Origin: the human T2T-CHM13v2.0 reference genome, Homo sapiens
Length of the DNA stretch: 64,000 bases
Assembly (NCBI RefSeq): GCF_009914755.1
Contig: NC_060935.1
Strand: one strand, 5' to 3'
Shown: positions 42,070 to 55,946 of the stretch, piece after piece
How the letters are laid out: the number at the start of each line of letters is the position of its first letter
Numbering within the stretch: position 1 is the stretch's first letter
The notes under the pieces: model-generated
Told to the model about the DNA's origin: nothing
The model's database searches: none
What the model saw: only the letters and a program-made list of their open reading frames with translations
Position numbers and translations under genes: made by a program

Positions 42070-42757
42070 CTTGAACCCTTTAGCAGTTACTACCCCTAGT
42101 TCCTGGAAACCACTATTCTACTTTCTGTCTCTCTAGACTTGCCTATTCTGTACATTTCACATAAATGAAATTATACAATATATTCCTGCCTGTTTAAGCC
42201 TTCTCTCTTTTGTAACTCCATCTTTCATATTCTTCCAGCTGACCAGATCTAATTGTAACATACTGTATTAATTTTAATTAAGATACAGATTGACTACTGT
42301 ATTGGACATTCAAAATTAACAATGATTTTAGTATGACATGTATTTATTTCTGTATAAGCCTGAATTGGGCTTTTTCACATAAAATTCTTCATTAAATTTT
42401 TAGCAGTCCTAAATCTTTCTATTCTGTTGCTCCACCATCAATAGACATCACATCCAAATTCGAATTCAAAGGAAAGGGAAGGCCTAACCATGACTCACCT
42501 GTAAATTTGATGGTCACTCTACTTTTGCTCTTAGGTGTAGTCTTCACTTTTTCCTTTTCTGTTGTATAATCCAATGGATGACCTTGGTAGGTTAGGTATT
42601 TCCTTCCTCTTGGTCTGTCTTTGGTGCGTCTTCCATAGAAGCTGCCTTTTCTCTGTGCCTCTAGCCTCAGACAAATGGCCCATACCCTCATCACTCAATT
42701 CTCAATATGCATCCATCAGCAGGGAGCTTTAGCTTTTGGACTCATTATATTATCTGT

Positions 42758-43120
42758 TGCTATGACTTGAATATGCCCTCTGAAATTCATGTTGAAATTT
42801 AATCCCTAAAGAGTGTCGATAGGTAGGACCTTTAAAAGATTATCAGAACACTAGGACTTTGCCCTCATGAATGGATTAATGCCATTATTGCAGGAGTAGT
42901 GTCCTTATAAAGAATTAGCTGAGCCCCTTTGTTGCTTGCTCTCTCATGCATGCACTCTTGCATTTCAGCTGTAGGATTACATGGCAAGAACGACTTGCTA
43001 GATGTAGGCCTGGTAGCTTCAGACTTCCCAGGTGCCAAAAGTATAAGAAATAAATTTCTGTTCATTATAATTTATCTATCCGTGGTTTTCTGTTACAGCA
43101 ACATAAAATGGACTGATATA
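42758..43120 (+). mobile_element. MST-family MaLR LTR
   Basis: tgctatgacttgaat...gccctcatgaatggattaatgcc...aataaatttctgttcattataa. Confidence 0.85.
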
Positions 43121-43198
43121 TCCCTCTATCCCTATAAGTGGTAGGGGCGTCATTTTGTTTTTAATCTTTAATAGATAAAATACTCTTCAGAAGATTTT

Positions 43199-43260
43199 AT
43201 ATATATATATGTATATGTATATATATATATACACACACACATATATACAAACACATATAT
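43199..43260. repeat. (TA)n(CA)n
   Basis: Direct inspection. Confidence 0.9.
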
Positions 43261-43389
43261 CTTCTTTAGTGAGTTTTGATAAATTGTGGCTATTAAGGAA
43301 TTCATTATGCTTGGCTTCTTGGATTGTCTGTCACTGTGTAAAAATGTCTTCTATAAAATATCATCTGATTGAAACACTTAGATTGGTCT

Positions 43390-43870
43390 CAAATTTTATT
43401 AGATGTACTATGCCTGATGGGGTGTATGACATTGAATTCCACACGTACATTTTGCATTTCTCTTGGCCTAGCTGTATGGCCACAGCTAGCTTTGAAAGGT
43501 GGTGGAAAATACAGTCTTTATTCCGGAGGGCCATACACACAGCTAAAGATTATACTTCATGTTTATTCCATGAGAGGAGAAAACACTTGATATTAAAGGA
43601 AAACCAGAATTATCTGCCATAGTATGCACCTTGGTCAGCCAAAATCATTTGTGTACGCTTCCTTCCACATAGAGAACGTATTCATCTCATACCCAGGGGA
43701 CAGACTTCCAAGTCTCATTCATGAAAGTCCATTGAAGTCCATGAACTTGAGGTTATGAGTACTCACCTTTATTAGGTCTATCTATGGTTCTTCATGATCC
43801 AGGGGCCTATAACATACCCAAAATGCAGCAGTAGAGTAGGAACAGTATAACCACACTAAAATGTCCATCT
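43390..43870 (-). mobile_element. Old MLT1 LTR end plus internal fragment (approximate bounds)
   Basis: atggccacagctagc...ggaaaatacagtctttattcc...tctgccata. Confidence 0.55.
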
Positions 43871-43879
43871 GACATGTCA

Positions 43880-46000
43880 AATTTGTGGATATAGAGTTGC
43901 TCACAATTTTCCCTCGTTATTTTTGTGTCTGTGAAGGTATGTAATGATGTCCCTTATTCAATTCCCGACGTTGGTATTTATGTCTTTTCTCATTTTTGGT
44001 TGCCAGTATGACTAGAGTTTTTTTTTTTTTTCCAAAAACACAGCTTTTTTTTAAACTGCTTTTCTGTTTTTAATTTCATTGATTTATGCTCTTAGTTTTT
44101 CTATTTGCTTGCTTTGAGTTTGTCTCTTCATTCTCTAGTTTGTTAAGCTAGAACTTGAGTATTGATTTAAGGTCTTTATTCTTTCATAAGCATTTAATGC
44201 TATAGCGTTCTCTCTAAATATTTATTTAGCTGTGTCTTACAAATTTTGATGCCTTATTTCCATTTTCATTCAGTTCAATATTTTTACCTTGAGACTTCTT
44301 CTTTGACCTCTGGGTTACTTAGAAATGTGTTGCTTAATTTCCAAGTACTTAAAGGTTTCCCAGATATGTTTCTATTATTTATTTCTATTTAAATTATGTT
44401 ATGGTCTAATACACTTTGTATGATTTTTACTTTTGTAAATTTAAAGTCTGTTGAATTTCTTGTTCTATGTTCTGTCATGATGAAAGTTTCATGTATGCTT
44501 GAGGGAACAATGCATATTCTGCTGTTCTTCAGTAAACTATTGCATAAAATGTCACTTAGATCAAGTAGTAGCTAGTATTTTTGAGGTCTTCTGTAAGCTT
44601 CCCGACTTTTTGTCTCCTTGTTCTGTGAATTACTGAGGAGTGTTGATGCCTCCAAATCCACTACAATTGTGTGTTTGTATATGTCTCCTTTATGTATCAA
44701 CAGGTTTTATGTATTTACATATGTTGTTGGCTACATACCAAATTAAGATTTTAAAAATACCTTCTTAGAGAAATGACCTGATTGTGTAGCTTTTTACTCC
44801 TGATGATATACCTGGTTCTAAATTCTACCTTGTCTATTATTAATATGGCTTCTCCAGCTTTCCTTTGTTTGGTTTGTGTGTCTGTCAAATCTCTTTCCAT
44901 CCTTTTACTTTTATCATACATAAGGCTATATATTTAATGTAGTACAATGGACTGAATGTTTTTGTCAACCCAAATTAATATGTTGAAATCCTAATCTCAA
45001 TGTAATGGTATTTGGAGGTAGGGTTTTTAGAAGGAAATTAGGTCATGAGCATGGAGTTCATGACCTAATTCATGAATGGAATTAGTGCCCTTAGAAGAAA
45101 AGGCCAGAGACTGAGCTAGCCCTCTTTCCTCCATGTGAGGATAGAATGGGAAGTCTGCAACCTTGCAACAGGCCTCTCACCAGAAATCAACACACTGGCA
45201 ACCTGATCTCATACTTCCAGCCTCCAGAACTGTGAAAAATAAATTTCTAAAGTTTATAAGCCACCCTGTCTAAGGTGTTTGTAAAAGCAGCCTGAACTGA
45301 ATAAAACAAGTACGTTTCTTGTAGATACAATGTAACTATATGCCTTAGATTTTTATTCAGTCTAACAATTTTGTAATTGGTGTGTTTATAACATCTATAG
45401 AAAATGCTATTATTGATGTAGTTGGATTATAATATACAGATCTGCTAGGTATATTGTATTTGTTCAATGTTGTTTTATTGTTCTTTTTCTGACCACTTGA
45501 GTTAACTTGGCAACTTTTTAATGCAATTTTCACAGTTTTTCTTTCAGCACTTTAAAGACGTCATTCTATTATCTTTCAATTTGCACAGTTTCTGAGGAGA
45601 AGTCTTATATAATTCGATATAATTCTTTTTTAATATACAAAAGTAGGCCAAGTCTATTGCTGAGAGTGGATATAATTCCTATTCTTATTTCACTGTATAT
45701 AATTTGACCTCATTCTTTGGCTATCTTGAAGAACTTCTCTCTGTCTTTGGTTCTCAGTAGCTTGAATATGATGTGCCAAGATATGGCACTTTTGATATGT
45801 ATTGTGCTTTTTGTTCTCAGCTTCTTGGATACATGCTTTGTTGTCAGTCAATAATTTTGGAAAATTACTGTGTTTCACTTCTCCCTGCAGGTGTCTGTCT
45901 ATTTGTTTATTGGGGGACAGTTGGTTGTCCTGTGACCACAGCACTTAGATGAGCTCAATAAAATTTGTTAACTTGCTGTTTGCCTGGCTTTTTAAAAATG
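43880..46000 (-). mobile_element. Old L1M ORF2/5' fragments
   Basis: gcatttaatgctata..ttctctctaaat, ttagaaatgtgttgcttaattt, tttccatccttttactttt. Confidence 0.75.
44943..45308 (+). mobile_element. MLT1A0-like MaLR solo LTR
   Basis: atggactgaatgtttttgtc...ttccagcctccagaactgtgaaaaataaattt...gcagcctgaactga. Confidence 0.85.
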
Positions 46001-46769
46001 TGCATGTTCTAATTCTCAAAACTACTGAGCAAAATATAGAATTTAAAATACTTTTAAGTCTGGAGAGTCTAGTCTTTAAAAAAAAAACCCTCTGTGTCCT
46101 GCCTATTCTATTGTTACTCTCAGAAAAATAAAATGAAAGCTATCTTTCGAGTCATCTAAAATAATATGTTTGGATGGGAAGATAACATCCTTAATTCGAT
46201 TTTTGGTATTGTGGTGGCTCCAATGTCTCACTAACAATTTTTAATTAAAAACACTTGGTGCCATATTCTCTTCTCCAGGTAAAGTACTTTTTCAGGGCTG
46301 CCTAATATTATTTTTCAACCTAAGTTACAAAATCAATTCACTTTTTGAATATATAAGGCCCCAAATAATGAAATTTTCAGTCAACCTAGATTACAAATTG
46401 CACATAAAGAGTGTGTCCCTGCACTGATCTGTAGAGTCTCCAATCTGTGTAAACTAAATCTCCACCCTAGTGTCCTTCATCTCTTGTGGGCCTTTACTAA
46501 AACATAAAATAAGAATAAGAATATTTCTAAACATTTCCTCTTGAGCATAGACTCTCACAGGAAGGAGTTTTCTTTCCAAGTATTAGGACAAGTTTTACCA
46601 AATATTGGCCATAATGTACTGAGAGTTTTCAGCTTTCCAAGATGTGATATCTGTATCTTCACAGCCTCTCTTACTGTCTCAAAGAGAATGCCACATATTT
46701 TATATTTGTTTAGTGAAACAGTCCATTGTATAGAATAAAGGGTCACATACCATAAAACATCCAAATTAA

Positions 46770-47205
46770 GAAATTACAAGTGGTTTAAACAAGGTAAAAA
46801 AAGTAAAAGCCAAAGCAAGAAGAGGTTGACCGGCACAATGTCATGGGGTCTAGAATTTTTCCATCCTATAATTCTGCCACCTCTACCAGGTTGCTTTATC
46901 TGCATGGTCCAACATGGCTAAATAGCATAACTGTATTCCAGCCAGAAGGAAGATAAAAGGGATAGCAAGTTTATTACTTCTTCTCCTTTTGAAACATAAC
47001 ACGGATGTTGCAAACACTACTTCTGCTCACATTCAGTGATCGAAACTAACATAAATGGCAATACCTAACTAACTGTATGGTTAGTTAGTGAGGCTGAAAA
47101 AGTAAATTTGATTCTGGGCAACTATTTTGCCTAGATGTTAATTAGTAATTTTATTACTATTAGAAAGGCATAATAAATATTGGGGAATGACCAACAGTAT
47201 GCCAC
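46770..47205 (-). mobile_element. MLT1J-like LTR (approximate bounds)
   Basis: acaagtggtttaaacaag...ctacttctgctcacatt...tgccaca. Confidence 0.6.
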
Positions 47206-47309
47206 ATATATCCTGTTATTTAATGTAAATTTGCATCTGCTTTACCATTTCCCATTGTCTGAAATGTTTCCTTTGTTTTCCAACGTGTAAACCTCTCTGT
47301 TTCTTTTAA

Positions 47310-47654
<345 letters not shown>

Positions 47655-47859
47655 TGGTAAGTGTTTATTGAACTGCTTCTCTCCATACAACAAAGATATT
47701 TTCTCCTTTGCCTCACATTATTTTTTTCTAGATTATTTGAATCAGACTGTAAGATACTGTCGGTTAGAGTATGTCTTACTCATTTTAGTGTTCCTTGTAT
47801 CTAATAAGGGTTTGCTACAAAGAAGATACTTAATAATGGTAATAAATGGATATATTTTT

Positions 47860-48275
47860 AATAAATAGTTGAATAGGTGATAGAATTAATGGATAGATGT
47901 CAGGAATTATTAAATTAATAAATGAATGAATCAGTGACTAAATGAATAAATCAACAGATTGGTAATGGTTTCAATATACAGATATGTTAGGGAATAAATG
48001 GATGAGTTAGAAAATAATTGGATGAGTAGATATATGAAGGAATTATTTAGTGTATGAGTGAATGGCTAGTTGAACGCATGAAGAGAGTGGTGGAATGGAT
48101 GACAAGGTAAGTGAACGGAAGAATTGAAGAATGGATACGTGAATATAAGAACAAATGAGTGTGTGGATGGAAGAGTGGATATTTGGAGGAAAGGTGGGTG
48201 GATGGCTAAATTATTAAACTGATGGATAAACTGATGCATAAGTGTATTGGTGAGTGCATGGTGAATGGATCCTAC
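47860..48275 (+). repeat. Degenerate (TGAA/TGGA)n tract, probably an expanded L2 tail
   Basis: Follows an L2 3' end (tcagactgtaag...tacttaataat). Confidence 0.7.
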
Positions 48276-48319
48276 ATACATATGTAACTGAAATGGCACT
48301 TCTGCCATTTTGCACTGAT

Positions 48320-48560
48320 TTGAGAGTTAGAACAGCCTGGATTTTTATCATATCTCTGCCACTGACTTTCTGATTTTTATGCATTACTTATGCATCTCAG
48401 TTTATCTATGCATCTCAGTTTCTTCGATTCTAAAATCATATTATAATAAATGCCTTGCAAATTTTTGTGGGGATAAAATAAGACATTATATAACGTGACT
48501 GGCACAAAGTATGTGCTCCATAAACAGTAACTGCTATTACAGTCATCATTACCATCATCG
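48320..48560 (+). mobile_element. MIR
   Basis: ctctgccactgac...gcatctcagttttc...ggcacaaagtatgtgctccataaa. Confidence 0.75.
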
Positions 48561-51289
48561 AATTCTCAGCCAGCTCTAATTTCCTACACAGCATTTCACT
48601 GATCAGCGGGTGTACATGGAAATATATATGTAATCTTGGTTCTGCCTTCTAGGATCTCCTAGTAACTCTGGGTAGACAAGCCACATGCATAAAAGGATTA
48701 TCACCATTAAAATGAAGGAAATGCTCAATGCCAGGTGACAAATTTATGATAAAATTGAAAAAGAAAAGGATCATGAATAGTCAAGTAAGTCTTGGAATGT
48801 TATGTTGAAGTTTGGGAAGTAAAGAAAGGAAGAATTTAATTAGCAGAGAGAAGGTGATAATATCTTGCCCATACTTCTCATTAAATTGCAAATTATCTGA
48901 AGGATCTCAAAGGAAAAATGAATAAGTAGCAAGAGTTCCATTTATCTGTGAGACAAATGAGGTCTCAAAACATTTGAATGAATGACCCAAGGACAGACAG
49001 TGACTTTGACCCTGGCACAGTTGCAAATGGCAGCCTCAATTCTTGGCTGCTGTGTCTCTTTGGGTTTGCCAGTGTTTTTAAAACAAGCAAAAAAAAAATG
49101 CTGTAACATTTTTACTGAGGACAACTTGGCTGAGTTATTTTGACAAAACACAAATCACTGGGAACAGCTGAGCTGCTTGTACATTGCACCCATTTGTTTA
49201 CCCACCTGTCTAGATGCTAAGAACAATATTCTAAAACAGTGATTTCATATATGGTGCCTACTTCTGGTGTTCTCCTTTTACCCCACCTGGCTCCAGTTAA
49301 ACCTCCTTGATTTATTTAGGCTGTTCTTGAAGAATTTCTCACCTAGAGATTCACAGGACCCCCAGCAACTATAAATTAAAGAGCCAGTGATATAATCTAG
49401 CAGTTATTTTAGACCCCAAAGTCGAACACCATTGGATTGAAATCCAGACTCTACCAGTTATTAGCTATGTGTTCTTCAGTATACATGCTTCTTTCTGAAC
49501 TTGTTTTCTTATCAATATCATGGGAATGCTAATATCTGTTAAAAACTGCTTCATCTAGAATATTTTTATATATAATGTAATCAGAAATAATGGTTGACTT
49601 CACCTGAATTCATTTTTGGCTTACTGCTTATGCTAAGGAAAATATCTTACAGTCATTTGGTTTCAGATCTGTGATGTCATTTTAGTGGTCTCCCTTACTT
49701 CCATTTCTGTCAACTGCAACTAACTCTACTAGGTCACCAGCAGTGATGGGGAATCTAGGATAAATCAGCTCAAACATGTTCATCTCACACATTTTTCCAA
49801 GTTTCCTAAAATTTCTGGGTATTGTAAGCTTCCCAACTCATCTTCCTGCTTCCACACTTGCCCTACTACTATCTATTCTTAAGACTATCTAATGTGATTC
49901 TTTTAAATTAGATATTAGTTCTGTTGCACCAAGCATTAACCAGCACTCACTCAACTTTAGTTAGCAATGGATGTTCCTTCCTAGGAAATATTTGTCTTTG
50001 CCCAAAGGTGGTTTAGGAAGTCAATCTGAAGAATTTCACAAAGCCCTTTTAATATTTAGCAATATCCTTTATGTGCCTACTTCATAGTTTTTTTTTTTTT
50101 TGTGAGGATGACACAAGCTTATATAAAGTACTTAGAATAGAGCCTGACACACAGTAATTGTAATATGTGTTAATTATTGGATAATGTCTCTGTTCTTTTT
50201 ACAGCCTTCCAGTCATTCCCAAATTCATTCATTCTAAATATAAATCGACCTACATAATCAGTTCCCTGCTACTTCTCTGACTGCATGCCTTTCACTTGCC
50301 CCATTCATCCATCTTACTCTGGCCCGATGGTCTCCTTGCTCTTTCTCAAACATTCTAAGCACAAGTCTGCCTCAGATCCTTTCCAAGTGCAGTTTCCTCC
50401 ACTGAGAACATGCTTTACCTGGAGTCTGCATGGCTTGCTTCCTCCCTTCATCCAGATGTCTACTCAAATGTCATCTTATCAGCGATGACTTTGCTAAACA
50501 CCATATGTTAAACTGAGTTTAAAATGTTCTATGGAAAACAAGAAAAGAAAATCTTTCCAAAGTCTAGCTGTATATATACTTTCTTCTGTCAAGAAGACTT
50601 TGTGTGCCTTCATGATTTATTCCATCTCATCTTATCTAAACATAGATAGGAGTGTGATTTTTAGCAATACACTGACCTCTTATCACATTTTCCTCTTCCT
50701 GGCTAGGCAGTGGTTCTAACCCGGAGCTCTGTGTCTCTGGCTGACTCAACTAAGGTCAATATCTGAACATTCTCTCAAATAAGAGGTGAAACTGTTACGT
50801 GGAGCAGGGAAGGAAGGGTATTAGTAGTCTCTTATTTGTTCTTAAAATAGAGTATCTCAAAACTGCTTTAAAAAGAGCTATAACTGTCAGATGATCAGTA
50901 TATTTTTATCAATTTATACCTGTAGAACTATGTTTACTTTAGAATTTGATAGTTTAAAATCTAAAATGCAGATAAAAATAAAGTTATTTAGAAACATTAC
51001 ATATATTAATGTATATAAAATTAATTATAATATGTTTATATTTTATGTTCAGCATCTGAACATTAAAAGTGACAAAATCTGGATTATTAGTTAAAATTTG
51101 CATAATATTAATTTCTTAGACATATCTGTCTCTGATGGAGTCACTGGTATTTTTATGAATATATTTATTTCAACATGACATCACAGTTTTTATTTTTTCT
51201 ATAAATTTGCTACAAACATCTTAAAATTTGTATTTTCAGTTACTAAAATTTAAATTGTTTACACTTCCAATTGACATTTTCCTGCAGAG

Positions 51290-51816
51290 CAGAAATTACT
51301 AATATGTGATCCAAAGACACTTGGACTTTCAAAATGCTTTCACAGGTCTTGTGAGGTCAAAACTATTTTTATATAGTATTAGAATGCCATATATCCCTAT
51401 TTCTCATTCTCTTATGAATATATGATAGAATTTTCTGTAGCCTTTCTGACACATGGTATCACAGCATTTTAAATGCGATAGATACAAAAATCCAACTATC
51501 TTCTATGAAGTCTGACACTTTCCAAACTTTTTAAAAACAAAGTAAGAAAAAATGCCACCCTTCAAACGAAAAATGCCACCCTTCACACTAAAAATATTTC
51601 TATATTTTCTATGGAAATATAAAATTTTCAATAGAAATATTTGTGTTAACATGTAATAGGTTATTTAAGATCAATGAATATTTAAATTTGTGTTTTAGTT
51701 TTTAATATAGTAAATACCAGTGGATATTACCCACATAAACAAAAGTCATTGGGAGCATTCAATACTTCTTAGCAGTGCAAAGGTGTTATGAAACTTAGAA
51801 AGTTTGAGAATTGCTA
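51290..51816. mobile_element. Charlie1b-like hAT element
   Basis: gtgaggtcaaaactatttt...cccacataaacaaaagtc...aagtttgagaattgct; internal 21-bp duplication aaaaatgccacccttca. Confidence 0.75.
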
Positions 51817-53646
51817 TTGTAAACTATAATGGTTTATCTTAAAATACCTTCACTACAAATACTGATTTATCTAATAGGTATCAGAACAAATTATGCTAAA
51901 TGAAAGATGTCTTTAGTTATATTTTATATTGAAATGTGTGAATATTTAAGCCTAAGCCTTAGAGGAACAATCATTTTTATTCTCTTTAGAATATTTTCTT
52001 TGGCAGATATTTTATAAGACAAAATTTATTGAACAAGTTGTTTTTGTAATTCTTTTAATTTTTTTATGTTTCAAAAAATTGATTTTGTGTAATATTTATA
52101 TTATATTTTCAGGGTATTTAAAAGCAGAAAATGATAATTATGATTTATTTATCTGAGAGGTGAACAGGGTACTATATTATGTGCAGTAAAAAGAAAAATT
52201 CATTTACATTATATATATATAATATTTTTGAAAGTGATAAACATTTATTCTGTGGTTTTCACAGCATCAGGAAGGGAGGGGGAAAACTGTAGAGGACCTG
52301 TGTGGGTGCTGTAGGGACTCCTGAAGGCTTCTTTCTGGTGGCTGGAGGGCATAGGTTGGGGAAGTAGTTGAGTTAAAGTGTTGTCCTGGAAGTTAATTAT
52401 TTTGATAATTTTAGATGTTGAAAAATTCTATACCTTGTCAACTTCAATCTTTGGTAGTATAAAAAATATAAATTTCTAAAATTAAAAATAGTTTTTAAAA
52501 AGATTCTACAATTTGAGATAGGATAAAACACAATTATAGAATTTAAAAATTAGAACACTATGCACAGTTTGAGATTTCTAATCTTCCCTTTCTGCTTTTG
52601 TGGGATAAATTTGGATATTTTTTTGTAAACTCTATTTAAATTTTAAAATGCATGAAATATTAATGAAGATTATTTAAAGTAAAAATAAAAAATATTGTCT
52701 CCATGGGGGAAGATCATTTTAAAGCATGAACTAATCCTGCAATATTCTTCAATCTAATAGAGAGAAATTATCTTCATTCTTTCTGATATGATCCCGTTAG
52801 TTTTCCAGCAATAAATGAAATATATTTATATGTCCATTTTCGTTACAGCAAGTTGGTGAAAAAACAGGAACATACTTTCTTCTGTGATTTTATAGTGATG
52901 TCTCAATCTCCATTACCAATCATTACACCATTTTAAGACATCCTCATTTTTTTTCTTATCTTCATCCCTGTTGTTTACAACTAAGTTCAAGATCTTGTCA
53001 TCTATGTCCTGGAACTGTTGAGATAAACTTATAGCTTGTTTTCTCATTTAATGCTTCAGCACTCTAAAGTGTATTTCATCCCACACTGCTTTTGGTAAAA
53101 TGGAAATACATCCACAGCCCTCCTCCTCTGAATGTTTATGAGATCTCTTTGTCATGTTCTTTAGTCTCTTCTCCATCCGCCTTCTGCTTTAGCCATACTG
53201 TGCTGCTTACAATTCTCTTGAATATATTCTTCTGAGGATTTGTTTTTAATCGGAAACATCCATTCCTTTCTTAGTGATGTCACCTGGAAAATTCCTACTC
53301 ATCTTTCAAGTCTTACTTTCAACAATCCTCCTCTGAGAAGGCTTCTCCAACTTACTTTGACAGAATGAGGTCCCATCCTTTCACATTTGCATAGTATATT
53401 CTATTTTCCTTCTTCATAGCACTTTTCACCTTGAACTGCAATTATTCTTACTGATAATTACTGAGCATTTATTAAATTCCAAACAATGGACTAAAATACT
53501 TTATGTATTTGCATACATTAGCTTCCTAAGTTCTCACAATAACCCAATAAGGTATGTAATTTTAGTGTCTCCATTTTACAGATGAAGAAATAGGCTCAGA
53601 TTAGTTGATCAAGCTGAGAACAAAATAGAAGTTATTGTACCGACGC

Positions 53647-53963
<317 letters not shown>

Positions 53964-55756
53964 AGTTTTTCTTTTTAATATACTACATACTGTGCCTTTC
54001 CTAGGAGACTATGAATTCTTGAGAATAGGAACAATGTAATATTTATATTCAATCTCTAGCCTAGCAGAATGCCTAGCGTATGATGTATGCTTAATAAATA
54101 TTTCTTGAATAAGTGAATAAAATACTTGCAACAAAATAATTCACTTAATTAGAATCAGTGTACCATGATAAATATCGTATATCACTAAGATTTTAATGTT
54201 ATTCTCTGGATGCTCTACTTAGGAATTTTGTTAAGGGATTTGCATTCTGAACACTTTAGCTTTTACGTGCAAAGGCAAAGTGTTAGGTAATTATTTATTC
54301 TGACAAAATTTTCAAGCTGAGGGGATTCTGTGCCAATCTGCTACTCTAAGCTTTGCACTTTCAGATTCTCACTTGTGAGTAGTATCAGGAATGCCTGAAT
54401 AGAGGTTTGAGTTTCTGATGCTGTTTTGTGAAATTGATCTGACGTTAGCAAGACAAAATACAAATGCTGTTTCACAACTGGATTTTTAAAAAAATAATTT
54501 GTAACCAGCATTATTTAAGAACCTATCTTATAGGAACTTTAAAGAGATTCAAATGGTCTTCAACTCATGGTACATTCAGACTACTAACTAATAACAAGAC
54601 TTTCAGATAAATATCTATTGTGCAAAGTATGAGATCAAGGTCAGAATTGCTAAGAAAGTACTGAACAAGGAGTGATGAATTCTGATGAGAGAAAAGACTT
54701 TCTGTAGTGGGAGGCATTTGATCTAGATGCTGAAAAATGTTAAGGTTTAGTAGGTGGAGAAGTGGGAAGAGCACTCTGAATGAAAAGAACTCCACACACA
54801 ATGGAAAAGAAGCAAGAAAGTTCAGGATACATTTGGGACAAGGACAGGAACAAGGTATGATCAGAGTGTAGATGAAATATGAAGAAATTAGATAGAAAAA
54901 AAAGCATTTTAAGCTAACGAAGAAGTTGAGAGTGGAGAAATAAATATGGCAAATTATTTTCTGTATGCTGTGGAAATGCAGATTTTTTGTTAATTTTATA
55001 ATTACATGAGTTTTATTACATGTGCCTTCATCAAGAGTTAACATGCATGGTTTACAAAATTTACCAATTTTCAAGAGGTTATAGTAAGGCATACATAATC
55101 ATCATTAACTGTTACCATTGAACCTGAGTAATCACCATAAGATCTTTTAGTGTCATTGTTTATACACATCAGTGATTAATGTATGACTCTAAAACATAAG
55201 CTGAACTGTTTGAAATATTTTATGTAGCAGATTGAAAAGAATTGTCCCCGCTCTTTTTACTCTTGAAGAATGATAATAGTAAACTCCTTCTGGTTCTGTA
55301 ACTGAACAAGTTACTCATCTTATCTTTGCTTTTGATTGTGTGTGTATACAAACAATACAAAATTACTTGCTTGTTGGCTTTGTATTACCACTATTAATGC
55401 CAATGGGGGAAAAAAAAACACGTGAAAGTGTTGGACAGGCCATAAATCATTATAGAAATTGTCCATATCATTTTTCAGGAACTTAGTAAATGGGAATGTA
55501 TCCCCATGTATTTTATTATTTTGGAAAGATAAATAGATCTAAAAGTCCTTTACATTCAGTCTTTTAAATTTTAATCCTTAGCCCTTGCCATTGAAGCCTT
55601 TCTACATTCACCCATCCGAGCACCTGTTCCAGTGTACCATACATACCACCAGGCTTTAAGGTTAGAACAATTACAGCAAGCAGACTAAGCTTCCCAACAA
55701 TGGTAACAAAATCAGCCAGGTGATTACAGGACAGAACACAGGGGGAATGACTAGAG

Positions 55757-55946
55757 CTGTGCTGTCCACTACAGTGGCTACTAGCCACATGTGGTTTCTT
55801 AAATTAAAATTAAAATTAAATAAATTAAAAATTCAGTTTCTCTGTTGCACTAGCCACATTTCAAGTACTCAATAGCCACTGGTATCAGACAGCTTAGATT
55901 TATAGACCATTTATATCACTGCAGAAAGTTCTATTGAGCAGTGCTG
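55757..55946. mobile_element. MER3 (hAT-Charlie)
   Basis: ctgtgctgtcca...ctagccacatgtgg...cactgcagaaagttctattg..cagtgctg. Confidence 0.85.

Noticed and set aside
54565-55092. 175-aa minus-strand ORF
   Set aside because: Largely overlaps a degenerate L2 relic; Phe/Leu-rich composition reflects AT bias; no recognisable domain
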